Virus record (IMG/VR): IMGVR_UViG_3300042731_007874
DNA length: 64,000 nucleotides
Reading direction: 5' to 3' (one strand)
DNA from: a virus
In this document: positions 9,813 through 19,217 of the stretch, one piece after another
How positions within the stretch are numbered: position 1 is the stretch's first letter
Layout: each line of letters opens with the position of its first letter
Notes under the pieces: generated by a model
What the model was told of the DNA's origin: nothing
Seen by the model: the letters and a program-made list of their open reading frames with translations, nothing else
Database searches by the model: none
Made by a program: the position numbers and the translations under genes

Positions 9813-10888
9813 ATTAATTCCTCATTCTGAATTATACTACAAATTCTTGTGATGTCTTTATTAGAAAGATCTAATCCACACGGTAGGTTAAGAATTCTTT
9901 TTGAAAAAAGTAATGTATTCCTCATGTTACTAGCTTTTTCAAAGTTTCGAAAAGGTTTCTGTAAATGATTAGGATACCATAATGGCCTTGTTTGAATATT
10001 TTTCTTTTTTAAAGTATTGAAAAGTTGATCTCTATTGTTTTTGCAATCATAACCAACCAACCAACAATTACTTCCTTCTAGATGTATAATCTTTTTCCCA
10101 AGAAACGATTTATATTTTTCTGTAATCTTTTGTTTCTTTTTGATAATTTTTGATAGTCTTTTAATTTGACTATAACCTAATGCAGCTTGCAAATTTGTTA
10201 ATCCAAGGTTATAACCAACTTCATTGTGAATATAATTTATTGGATCGTCTTTCGATTGAGTAATCCAATAACGGATTTTCTCTCCTAGTTCTATATTATT
10301 TGTAACAATAGCTCCTCCATTACCAGAAGTAATTATTTTATTAAAGCTAAAAGAAAAAACACCAATATCACCTATGCCTCCACAAGGTGTTCCGTTATAA
10401 AAAGACCCTAGTGCTTCACACGAGTCTTCTATAATAAATAATTTATATTGTTTTGCAATTTCTTTTATTTTTGTCATTTCACAAGGATTCCCAAAAATGT
10501 GAACTGGAATAATTGCTTTTATCTTATGTGTGTTTTTTGTTTTTAAATAATTATTAACTTTTTCTGGATCTATGTTTAAATCTTTTCCACAATCGACAAA
10601 GATCGGTTCTGCCCCAGCATGTAGAATTGAATTGATAGTGGCAACAAAAGTAATAGAAGGAACAAGCACTTTGTCTCCAGGGCCTATCCCAAGTGACTTA
10701 AGCGCCATAAATAAAGCAGAAGTACCATTTGCTAAAAGAGTTGCTTTTTTCGTTTTGGTAACTTTTTGTAGTTCTTTCTCTAGTTTTTCTACATAGGGAC
10801 CTGTAGTATTTAGCCATCCAGACTCAATAGCTTTTAGTACTTGTTTTTTGTCTGTATCTGTAATTTGAGGACTAATAAGACTTACCAT
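9803..10888 (-). CDS. DegT/DnrJ/EryC1/StrS PLP-dependent sugar aminotransferase (perosamine synthase/LegC-like)
   Basis: NGTSAL..AL..LGIGPGD.V.VPS.TFVAT, PVH.FG, EDSCEALGS, SFSFNKIITSG.GG (PLP lysine). Confidence 0.92.
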   Translation of the reverse strand: MVSLISPQITDTDKKQVLKAIESGWLNTTGPYVEKLEKELQKVTKTKKATLLANGTSALFMALKSLGIGPGDKVLVPSITFVATINSILHAGAEPIFVDCGKDLNIDPEKVNNYLKTKNTHKIKAIIPVHIFGNPCEMTKIKEIAKQYKLFIIEDSCEALGSFYNGTPCGGIGDIGVFSFSFNKIITSGNGGAIVTNNIELGEKIRYWITQSKDDPINYIHNEVGYNLGLTNLQAALGYSQIKRLSKIIKKKQKITEKYKSFLGKKIIHLEGSNCWLVGYDCKNNRDQLFNTLKKKNIQTRPLWYPNHLQKPFRNFEKASNMRNTLLFSKRILNLPCGLDLSNKDITRICSIIQNEELICH

Positions 10889-11628
10889 GATATCCTATAT
10901 CTTTCAGATAAAACTCTCATTGAATTATTATAATGTTCTGACAATGTTTTTTTAATAATTTTAGGCAGAGCAGGTTTGTTTGTTGATCTTAAATGAGAAG
11001 GGGTTATTTCGAAATCTTTTACGTTTAAAAAATTAAACACTTTAGATATTTTTTCTTGAGGATTGCTAAATAAATCTTCAGCTTTAAGAATAAAAATATT
11101 TTTTTCAGGGAAAAAATTAGCAAGAAAATCAATAGAGAGAAAATAATGGCCTCGTAATAAAAGATGAGAGTCTTCTCCTAAAAATGAAGAGGAAGAAGAA
11201 AAGAGATAATCAAAAAGATTATTATTATACTTTTGTTTGAACTTTTTATCAATACTGCATAAATGATAAAAGTGAGAAATTAATCTATCAATAGGGTTTC
11301 TAATGCTGACTATTATTTTTATTTCAGGAAAATGGTTTTTGATCCGTCTAATAGAAGAACGGTTAAACAAATAAGTAGGAGAAGCTTCTCCTGTAATCTC
11401 TCCAATCTTACAAAATGGAAAACAATCTCTATACCAGTTAATTCCATTTTCATAATACTTGTCAAAGAATCTTAATTCTTTTTTCCCTAGAAGTTGGTTG
11501 TCGTTTGTTTTTGTTTTTTCTCCATTCCCCAAGGACTTAAGAATCTTAGGATGCTGTGTAAGCATATCGTAAAGAGAAGTTGTTCCACACTTACATTCTC
11601 CTACAATTATAAAAGATGGGTTATTCAT
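10882..11628 (-). CDS. PAPS-dependent sulfotransferase
   Basis: 5'-PSB loop FIIVG..KCGTTSL, KELRFFD, GEASP.Y and 3'-PB motif IRNPIDRL.S. Confidence 0.88.
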   Translation of the reverse strand: MNNPSFIIVGECKCGTTSLYDMLTQHPKILKSLGNGEKTKTNDNQLLGKKELRFFDKYYENGINWYRDCFPFCKIGEITGEASPTYLFNRSSIRRIKNHFPEIKIIVSIRNPIDRLISHFYHLCSIDKKFKQKYNNNLFDYLFSSSSSFLGEDSHLLLRGHYFLSIDFLANFFPEKNIFILKAEDLFSNPQEKISKVFNFLNVKDFEITPSHLRSTNKPALPKIIKKTLSEHYNNSMRVLSERYRISW

Positions 11629-12280
11629 TTAAAAGTATCTCCAGTTTGTTTTTTAATAAAGGGGTTGTAATTGTAGTTGGAAGATGCCAACCATATCCAA
11701 GGTTTTTATATTCTTTTTTTATTTGATTAGTACTTGGTTCAAGTAATTCTTCATTCATAGTAATAAACTTATAATTCTTTTTTATTGCTTTATCAAGAAG
11801 AATTACTTGAAAAGACAAAACCAAAAGAGTTCTTTCTTGTAAACTTGCCGTTATTGAAGCTCTCAGCTTTCTTGCTGTTTCGATAAATTTAACTTTTTTA
11901 AAAGATCTTCTTTTATAGTTGTTGTAATCTTTAACTAAAGGAATAATTGGAGAAGAGAGAATTATTTTTTTGTCATTAAAGTTTTTTGCTAGTTTTAAGA
12001 TTCCGCTAACTGCATAGTTTATCTCTTCTTCCAAAGAAGTTTTGAATTTTTCTTTTCTTTTCCAAATTGTATAGGCACAATCAACTTCTCCAAAGTTTAA
12101 GAGAATAATATCAGGTTCTTCGCTAACTTTCTGAATAAATAGATCTTGGTTTCGTTGTTTATTTAGTCCTTGTGCTGTTTTTCCTGGGATTCCAACAACT
12201 TTACAGATTTTAAATTTGTCAGAAGATATTTTTTTCCAGTTGTTTGTATAGGAATCTCCTAGGCAAATAACATTAACCAT
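11621..12280 (-). CDS. SGNH/GDSL-like protein
   Basis: N-terminal LGDSY, FGEVDC block and a C-terminal His (GWHL). Confidence 0.65.
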   Translation of the reverse strand: MVNVICLGDSYTNNWKKISSDKFKICKVVGIPGKTAQGLNKQRNQDLFIQKVSEEPDIILLNFGEVDCAYTIWKRKEKFKTSLEEEINYAVSGILKLAKNFNDKKIILSSPIIPLVKDYNNYKRRSFKKVKFIETARKLRASITASLQERTLLVLSFQVILLDKAIKKNYKFITMNEELLEPSTNQIKKEYKNLGYGWHLPTTITTPLLKNKLEILLNE

Positions 12281-13136
12281 TGTATTTATTTTTTAGAATA
12301 TCAATTGCTTGTTCAAAACATTCTTCTGAAGAATAATCTGTTGCGTTAATAGCGTGACAGTCGGAATGCCATCGTTTAGTAAACATCTTATTTTTTGGCA
12401 TATTTATAGTAGTTTGTCTTCTCATAAAAGAAATTGAAGGAATTTTTCCTTCCCAAGAAGCGCACAAAAAAGCAGACCAACAACCTAAAAAACATTCAGA
12501 ATCTAAGACTAATTGAGTTGCAAGCCTAGTGCTTGTTTTATTTACTAAATTAAAAAGTCCCTTTTTTTGATAATTAAATATTTCAGTTTTGTTTATAGCT
12601 GGAACGGAAGCCATTCTATTATTTCTCAAATAAGAACTTCCAACAACTACAACATTATATTTTGTTTTTGTTATGATTTGATCTATGAGTTTTTTATAGT
12701 CTTCAGTAGGAACTACAGCTCTCCAGGGTTCTCCCGCAAACGGATGAATAAAAACATAAGGATTGTTTTTTATTTTTTTATGTAGTTGTTTTTCTTCTTT
12801 CGAAAGATAAACTTTGTTCTTGTCTCTTTTATTTATATTTGCCTTTAATTTGTCTTTTTCTTCTTCTTCTATAAACTGCCATCTATTGCGTATTGAAATT
12901 GTTCTATAGTCAGGTGTTTTGTTTTTCCATTTAATATAATGAGAAGTTAAAAAAGGAACATATTTAAAAAACTCTATCGCATTGTCATTGTGAGAAGAAA
13001 GAAGAAGATGTACTTTGTTATTCAAAGAAAGCTTTTTGAATAAACAAGCCCATCCTCCAATCTGCAACCATTCTCGAAGAATATCTCCAAGATCATATTG
13101 TAAGTTATGGTTAAACGGAATTGCTATTGACTTCAT
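12273..13136 (-). CDS. GT9-like glycosyltransferase (paralog of 15260-16117)
   Basis: Shares IHPFAGE, NLVNKT and GCWSA..CASW with the 285-aa protein; GT-B/GT9 layout. Confidence 0.6.
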   Translation of the reverse strand: MKSIAIPFNHNLQYDLGDILREWLQIGGWACLFKKLSLNNKVHLLLSSHNDNAIEFFKYVPFLTSHYIKWKNKTPDYRTISIRNRWQFIEEEEKDKLKANINKRDKNKVYLSKEEKQLHKKIKNNPYVFIHPFAGEPWRAVVPTEDYKKLIDQIITKTKYNVVVVGSSYLRNNRMASVPAINKTEIFNYQKKGLFNLVNKTSTRLATQLVLDSECFLGCWSAFLCASWEGKIPSISFMRRQTTINMPKNKMFTKRWHSDCHAINATDYSSEECFEQAIDILKNKYNG

Positions 13137-13162
13137 CTAAAAATTATAACATTTTTTAGATG

Positions 13163-13372
13163 TCACAAAGAAAAAACTTCATCAATAGCCTTTGTGATTT
13201 CTACTCTTCTTTTATTAAGAGAGACAACCTGTTCTCCTAATTTTCCAACTTCTTCTAGGTTTTCTTTTTCATAATTGTCTTTTAATTCATTTATTTTTTC
13301 TTCAAGATGCCAAATTTTCAAATGTATTACAACAAGCTTGTCGATCATTTCACCAATACTATAGTTCAACAT
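13163..13372 (-). CDS. Small helical protein, DUF4254-like
   Basis: SIGEMIDKL...HLKIWHLEE...LNKRR.EI..AID pattern. Confidence 0.5.
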   Translation of the reverse strand: MLNYSIGEMIDKLVVIHLKIWHLEEKINELKDNYEKENLEEVGKLGEQVVSLNKRRVEITKAIDEVFSL

Positions 13373-13620
13373 TAAAACACCTTTGTTTCATTAGTTCCAG
13401 AATTAAAGAATTTATCTATTTCAAATCTGACCAATGAACGTTTATTGTTATATTCCCTTATCTTTAAGAAGATTTTTCCTTTGTCTTCTAAAGAAAGCCC
13501 CAATCTTGAAAAATTGTCTGTTGTTTTTATTTTGGTAGCTTCATGCCAAATTATAATATTTAAGCTTATTATTCCTTCTATTTTTTTTGAAATTTTCATT
13601 TGTGTTCTAGAACAAAACAA
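13372..13620 (-). CDS. Small helical protein, paralog of 13163-13372
   Basis: LNIIIWHE...NNKRS....EID shared with its neighbour. Confidence 0.45.
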   Translation of the reverse strand: MFCSRTQMKISKKIEGIISLNIIIWHEATKIKTTDNFSRLGLSLEDKGKIFLKIREYNNKRSLVRFEIDKFFNSGTNETKVF

Positions 13621-14231
13621 ATATTACCTCTATGGCCTTCTGTTTCTCGACGAGATACTTCTTTCCATCGATCAAGATGAATTGGTTTTGTAAGAATATA
13701 AAACTTTTCATCAACAAGATTATACCCTTTATACAAATCTTGAATCATATTGTAATTATATTTAAGAAGAAAATTTAGTTCTGTTGTTTGTTTTACAACA
13801 GAATAAGGAAGAGTACAGATCATTCTTCCAGTTTTTTTTACAAAAGACATGCAGTGACGAAACGTTTTTAATTGTTCTTTTATAGGAGAATAACTCTTTT
13901 CTTGTTTATAAGAACCTAAACCAATATGTTCTAAAACTGATACTAAAAGGACATTAGTAAACGTTCCTAGTTCTTTAGAAGTTTTTTTTCGAATGTCTTC
14001 TTTAATACAGGTTGCCAGGGGATTGTTTTTACCATTATTGAAATTTGCTCCTATTGGATCTATTAAGGTAAAAGGATATCCTCTACGAACAAAAAACCAT
14101 TTAAATAAACTTAAGTTTGCTCCTATTTCTAAAGAGTTGCCTTCTTTGATGTTGTTTACAACAAAAGGGATCTCAAAACATCTAGGTCCTTGAAGATAAG
14201 ATTCGCTATAATATTGCCAATAGTTATTCAT
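13596..14231 (-). CDS. Class I SAM-dependent methyltransferase-like protein (DUF268-like)
   Basis: LEIGA motif I and VSVLEHIGLG.Y. Confidence 0.65.
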   Translation of the reverse strand: MNNYWQYYSESYLQGPRCFEIPFVVNNIKEGNSLEIGANLSLFKWFFVRRGYPFTLIDPIGANFNNGKNNPLATCIKEDIRKKTSKELGTFTNVLLVSVLEHIGLGSYKQEKSYSPIKEQLKTFRHCMSFVKKTGRMICTLPYSVVKQTTELNFLLKYNYNMIQDLYKGYNLVDEKFYILTKPIHLDRWKEVSRRETEGHRGNICFVLEHK

Positions 14232-15252
14232 GAAGTCTTTCTATATCATAATGAACCATTTTTTGAACAATATCTTTAAATTTTGTTGTTGATTCCCACC
14301 CAAGAATATTTTTTGCTTTAGAGGCGTCTCCCAATAAAGTTTCTACCTCTGTTAATCTAAAATATTTTGGATCTACTTCTACTCTTATAATGCCATCTCT
14401 ATCATAACCTTTTCTTTCTATTCCTTTTCCTTTAAATTTCAACGGTATGCCTGCAGCCTCAAAAGCAGCTTTGCAAAATTCTTCAACTGAATGGTTTTCT
14501 CCAGAAGCAATAACAAAATCATCAGGATCTTTATGAGTTATTATTTTTATAATTGCATCACAATATTCAGGAGCATAACCCCAGTCTCGTTTAGCAGAAA
14601 GATTACCAAGAAGAACTTTTTCCTGTTTCCCTTTTGAAATATTAGCAACTGCAGTTGTTATCTTTTTGGTAACAAAGTTTTCTCCTCTTCGGGGAGATTC
14701 TGTATTGAACATAATAATATTAGAAGCAAATAAGCCATATGCTTCGCGATAGTTTTTCGTAATCCAATATCCAAATACTTTAGCTGCGGCATACGGACTT
14801 CTAGGATTAAAGGGAGTTGTCTCTTTTTGAGGAACTTCTTGTACTTTTCCAAACATCTCACTTGTTGAAGCTTGAAGAAATTTTGAAGACGGACAAATCT
14901 CTCTTATTGCGTCTAACAAACGAAGAACTCCTATTGCATCCACTTGAGCACTATATTCAGGAACATCAAAAGAAATTTTGACATGAGATTGGGCAGCTAA
15001 ATTAACAACATAAGAAGGGTTGGTTTTTTCTATTAGCCTAGAAATATTCGAACCATCTGTTAGGTCTCCATAGTGTAAGAAAAGAATCTTATTGTAAATG
15101 TTTTTGTTCGAGGTTAAATGATCAATGCGATCTCTTGTATAGAGACTAGTTCTTCTAACAAGGCCATGTACCTCATATCCTTTTGCTAAGAATTTTTCTG
15201 CTAGATACGATCCGACTTGACCAGTAATTCCAGTAATTAAAACTCTTTCCAT
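14224..15252 (-). CDS. gmd: GDP-mannose 4,6-dehydratase
   Basis: LITGITGQ.GSYLA, YGDLTD, NLAAQSHV..SF, QASTSEMFG, PRSPYAAAK, ESPRRGENFVTKKI, RDWG.A. Confidence 0.97.
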   Translation of the reverse strand: MERVLITGITGQVGSYLAEKFLAKGYEVHGLVRRTSLYTRDRIDHLTSNKNIYNKILFLHYGDLTDGSNISRLIEKTNPSYVVNLAAQSHVKISFDVPEYSAQVDAIGVLRLLDAIREICPSSKFLQASTSEMFGKVQEVPQKETTPFNPRSPYAAAKVFGYWITKNYREAYGLFASNIIMFNTESPRRGENFVTKKITTAVANISKGKQEKVLLGNLSAKRDWGYAPEYCDAIIKIITHKDPDDFVIASGENHSVEEFCKAAFEAAGIPLKFKGKGIERKGYDRDGIIRVEVDPKYFRLTEVETLLGDASKAKNILGWESTTKFKDIVQKMVHYDIERLHE

Positions 15253-15259
15253 TTTTCTC

Positions 15260-16117
15260 CTAATAATTTATTAATATTTGTTTTGTTATTTGGCTTAAGT
15301 CTATCTCTTTAATATTTTTGTGAAAAAGATCTCCATTTATAGATACTATATTAACCTCTTTGTTGGCCCATCTTCCTCCTTCAGCTTGTTTATTCTTTCT
15401 GAAGATTCTAGCCCAGTTTTTAGGAACAATAATAGTACTAGGTTTATTATAAATCCAAGAAGCACAAGAATAAGCAGACCAGCAACCAACAAAACTGTGT
15501 TGTTTAGAAGCTAGAACTGCTCCTACTCTTGCATTTGTTTTATTTACTAGATTAATAAGTCCTTCTCTTTCATACAAAAACGACTCGCGCATTTGGTAAG
15601 AAGAATTTTTGTTTTTTCGGGTATAAGTTCCTCCTAACACAACTATATTTAACTTTGTTTTTGTTATTAAGGAATCAATAATAGGAATAAAGTCATTAGC
15701 CTCTAAACACATTCTTTGTCTTTCTCCAGCAAAAGGATGTATTAATATAAAAGGCCCTTTAGAAATAATTTTGTTTATTTGCTCATTATCTTTATCTGAT
15801 AAATAAACTTTGTTCTTTCTTTTTTCTAAGTTTTTTAATGTTTTTACTTTTGTATATTTTTTTTTATGTCTTCTCCATAAGGAATTTCCATCTAAAACCC
15901 AACCATATTCTTTAACTTTATAAATATGTGGATTGTATTTAAGAAGTTCTTCTACTTGAGGATTATGAGTAGAAGAAAAAACTTTTACTTTAGAATCGGG
16001 ATATTTCTCTTTTAGTGCTTCAAGTCTATCCCATCCATTATGTCCATCAAGATAATACCAAAAAACATCCCCAAGTCCTCCTCCTAAAGTCAACATAAAA
16101 GTTTTATTTTCTGCCAT
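15260..16117 (-). CDS. GT9-like glycosyltransferase
   Basis: N-terminal GGGLGD motif and HPFAG; paralog of 12273-13136. Confidence 0.65.
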   Translation of the reverse strand: MAENKTFMLTLGGGLGDVFWYYLDGHNGWDRLEALKEKYPDSKVKVFSSTHNPQVEELLKYNPHIYKVKEYGWVLDGNSLWRRHKKKYTKVKTLKNLEKRKNKVYLSDKDNEQINKIISKGPFILIHPFAGERQRMCLEANDFIPIIDSLITKTKLNIVVLGGTYTRKNKNSSYQMRESFLYEREGLINLVNKTNARVGAVLASKQHSFVGCWSAYSCASWIYNKPSTIIVPKNWARIFRKNKQAEGGRWANKEVNIVSINGDLFHKNIKEIDLSQITKQILINY

Positions 16118-16129
16118 GATTTGTTTTCT

Positions 16130-18097
16130 TTATAAAATTTGTAAAATCATTTGTTTGATTTTTTCTGGTTTAATTATTTCTAAACATCTAGAATATTGAG
16201 ACAAACTCCTTTTATATTGACACTTTATTGAGCTATTTCTCCAACAAGGAATACATTCTAATCCTGCTTTTACAACAGTAACAGATTTATATCCTTTACA
16301 TCTAGCTCTATAATCAATAGGGCCAAATAGGGTAATTACAGGCATCTCGTAAGAAGCAGCAATATGAAGAGGTCCTGTATCTACAGTGAAAAGTAAATCT
16401 GAATATTTCATAACAGCCATTGCCTGTCTAAAAGATAAATCTTTAAGGTTTTGGGTTCCTTTTATATAGTCTCCCCTAACAAGAATATTATATTTATCTT
16501 TTAAACCGCCTACTAGAGTTTTATAATATGTTTCTGGCCAGTTTCTATAAAGTTCAGCACTGCTTAAGACAATAAAAAGAGTTTTTTTATCAGTATTGAT
16601 GTTTTCTTTTTTCCATTTTTCTGCCCAAAACAATTCTTCTTCTTTAGGATAGTATCTTGGTTTCAGGTCTGTAATTAAATTTCTAACTCCAAGAGCTTCC
16701 GCGAAAACCTCAACCCGACTTTTCTCGACAGATTTACTTAGACTTACTCTTGTGCTTTCATAATGCGCACAAGGAGAAGATATATCAAATATAAGAGAAT
16801 ATCTTCTGTAATTAATAGAATCTTCTGTTGTAAAAACTTTTTCAACATTAGGGTCTGTTTCTACAATTCCTTTTATAAAAGGTTGAACCTGTAAGTGAAT
16901 TTGATGATTAGGATATTTTCTTTTAACAGCCTCTATTCCATTTGAGGCCATTATAATATCACCAATTCCAGAAGTTTTTCTTCTTATAAGAATAATCTTA
17001 TCTGATCTGAAGTCGGAACGATTTTGTTTTTGAATTATTTGTGTGTTTAAAGGTTCTAGTAATTTTTTATAAATAGCCTCTTCTACTTGTTCTGCTGTAA
17101 TTGTAGTTAAACAAGACAAATGAGCTTCTTTACTTGACGATCTAATACATCTTGGAGAATACCAACAGGGAAAATGCGGACATCTTTGTTTTGCTAGAAC
17201 AACAGAAGCATTGGAATAATGATTTACTCTACTTTGAGGAGGGATAGGCCCAAAAATAGTAACTATCTTTTTTTCAAGCGCTCCCGCCAAATGAAGAATA
17301 CTACTATCTGGAGCAACTACTACATCGCATTGATCTAAAATTGCAGCAGTATCAGCAATACTTCGATCAAAAAAACCAAAGACTCTTTCAGGAAGATTAG
17401 TCCATTTACTAACAGTTCCTGTCCAGTCTAACAACAAAACTCTATTTTTAGGATTGTTTGAGAGTAACGTATATAGTTCTTTAACTTTTTCAAATGGCCA
17501 AGTTCGTCTAGCGTCATTACTTCTAGTCTGAATTGCGATAAGATTGAGATCTGCCCTTTCTTCTCCTAAAAGATATTTTTCTTTAATTTCTTTTGAAGCA
17601 GAAAGTTTTTCTTCTTTTGTTATTACGTAAAGAGGCACAGGGTCTTCTTCTACCGAAAGCCCAACCGCTTCCGCAAATAAATCAATTCTATTAGGGGGGA
17701 TATCTCCAATCTTTTCTTTTATCAGGCCAGTAGTCGTAACATCAACAGAATAATCATATTCTTGAGGAATCGCTTCTTTAGATGCGATTAGCTGATCTAC
17801 TACTGGACAGTGTTGAATTATTTCAGCAAGAGAACCTTGTGCGTAAATGAGATCTGTGGCATATGTCAAAATACATTTTGGGAGTATTTTCTTGATTTTC
17901 TTTAATAACGGAGTTGTCATTAAGACATCTCCAATCCCACCAAGTCTTCGGTTAATTAAGATAGAGGGTGTTTCTTTTTTAAGAAGTTTGTCTAGTTGAA
18001 GAGGATTTGTGACAGGTTTTTTCCTTTTAGAAGAAATATTTATTACCCGGGCAGGAACTGGAGAAAATATTCCATGTCGATTTCTAATAGATTTCAT
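16130..18097 (-). CDS. Tandem double GT9 (heptosyltransferase-like) protein
   Basis: Two units, each with GIGD, (P/V)D(S/T)..(L)H.A.A, V.T.FGP and a C-terminal Cys cluster (CPHFPC...C...C; CIPC...C...C). Confidence 0.85.
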   Translation of the reverse strand: MKSIRNRHGIFSPVPARVINISSKRKKPVTNPLQLDKLLKKETPSILINRRLGGIGDVLMTTPLLKKIKKILPKCILTYATDLIYAQGSLAEIIQHCPVVDQLIASKEAIPQEYDYSVDVTTTGLIKEKIGDIPPNRIDLFAEAVGLSVEEDPVPLYVITKEEKLSASKEIKEKYLLGEERADLNLIAIQTRSNDARRTWPFEKVKELYTLLSNNPKNRVLLLDWTGTVSKWTNLPERVFGFFDRSIADTAAILDQCDVVVAPDSSILHLAGALEKKIVTIFGPIPPQSRVNHYSNASVVLAKQRCPHFPCWYSPRCIRSSSKEAHLSCLTTITAEQVEEAIYKKLLEPLNTQIIQKQNRSDFRSDKIILIRRKTSGIGDIIMASNGIEAVKRKYPNHQIHLQVQPFIKGIVETDPNVEKVFTTEDSINYRRYSLIFDISSPCAHYESTRVSLSKSVEKSRVEVFAEALGVRNLITDLKPRYYPKEEELFWAEKWKKENINTDKKTLFIVLSSAELYRNWPETYYKTLVGGLKDKYNILVRGDYIKGTQNLKDLSFRQAMAVMKYSDLLFTVDTGPLHIAASYEMPVITLFGPIDYRARCKGYKSVTVVKAGLECIPCWRNSSIKCQYKRSLSQYSRCLEIIKPEKIKQMILQIL

Positions 18098-18103
18098 TTA
18101 TTA

Positions 18104-18670
18104 TTATTTTTTCATATACTCTAATTCTATAACAGGTTCAAAATACTCGTCAGTGTCTCGTTCTTCCTTAGATCCGACTCCCCAAGCATGAGTTTGAATA
18201 AATGGAGTCCCTATTCCACTGGAAGTAAAAGTAATTACAAGATCTGTTATATTTACTCTAGAGTCTGAAAAGAGATCTGCAAGTCTTTCTGCAATAACAG
18301 GAAGTTCTGTTGCTCGATTTATATTAAGCTGGTTAACTTTTCCTCCAGTAACTGGTTTCTGAGTGGGATAAGCACCAAGAGAAATTCGGACCATAAAGAG
18401 AGTTGGTCTAGACTTAAGAAGCATCAGAAAAAACTTTTGCAGATCTTCTTCTTCCATCTCTCGAATCTTTGTCATTCCTGGAAAAGTGATTTTATCAGGA
18501 TCGTCAAATAAAATTACCTCATGGGCTCTTTTCTGATGCCTCTCATTTATTGCCTCAACAATATCAAGCTGGTTTACTGCTTGTTCTGCTTCTTTCAGAT
18601 GACTTGGGTTTCGGTAGAAAATACCATTTTTCATAATATCTTCTGGTTTGTATCCATTAGGAATTCGCAT
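18104..18670 (-). CDS. Hypothetical protein
   Basis: 188-aa ORF with SD AGGAGG. Confidence 0.6.
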   Translation of the reverse strand: MRIPNGYKPEDIMKNGIFYRNPSHLKEAEQAVNQLDIVEAINERHQKRAHEVILFDDPDKITFPGMTKIREMEEEDLQKFFLMLLKSRPTLFMVRISLGAYPTQKPVTGGKVNQLNINRATELPVIAERLADLFSDSRVNITDLVITFTSSGIGTPFIQTHAWGVGSKEERDTDEYFEPVIELEYMKK

Positions 18671-19217
18671 AAATACCTCCTATTTGTTTTAGTTTTTTAC
18701 TTAAACTTTCTCTACTTATATTAGTTTCCTCTGCTAGTTTTTCTTGTGTAATGTCTTGGTCACAAGATAAAATTAAGTATATCAGATATTTGTCTGATTT
18801 AGAAAAGTTTTTTAACCATTTTGTCTCAAATAATATTTTTTCTGACCAGTAATATTCTTCTTCTAAATTGTAATCTCCTTCTTTCTTAATAAAAATATCT
18901 TCTATAGAATATTTTTTGTCTAAGACTCGTTTATAATTATTAAATTCCCACTCAGTCATTTTTGATAGATAAGGAATTATACTACTTCTTTCTGAGTTGT
19001 ATTTTCTTAACAATCTATTACAGAAAAGATAGATCTCGCTGTTAGCTTCTTCAGGTTCTAGCCTATAAGTGTGTATGAAAGAATTTTTTATCCAACTAAG
19101 ATTTGGTTTTAAAAGCCGCCAAAAAAGATTTAGTTTCTTGTTAAAAGGATATTCTTTTTTTCTAAGAATAGGTTCTAGTTCTCTTAAGACCTCTGCTTTT
19201 TTTGATGGAATTAACAT
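18657..19217 (-). CDS. Sigma70/ECF-like factor or sigma-like HTH regulator
   Basis: Region-2-like EA.SEI.L....LLRKYNSER.S..PYL and a C-terminal HTH TQEKLAEETNISRESLSKKL. Confidence 0.55.
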   Translation of the reverse strand: MLIPSKKAEVLRELEPILRKKEYPFNKKLNLFWRLLKPNLSWIKNSFIHTYRLEPEEANSEIYLFCNRLLRKYNSERSSIIPYLSKMTEWEFNNYKRVLDKKYSIEDIFIKKEGDYNLEEEYYWSEKILFETKWLKNFSKSDKYLIYLILSCDQDITQEKLAEETNISRESLSKKLKQIGGIYANS

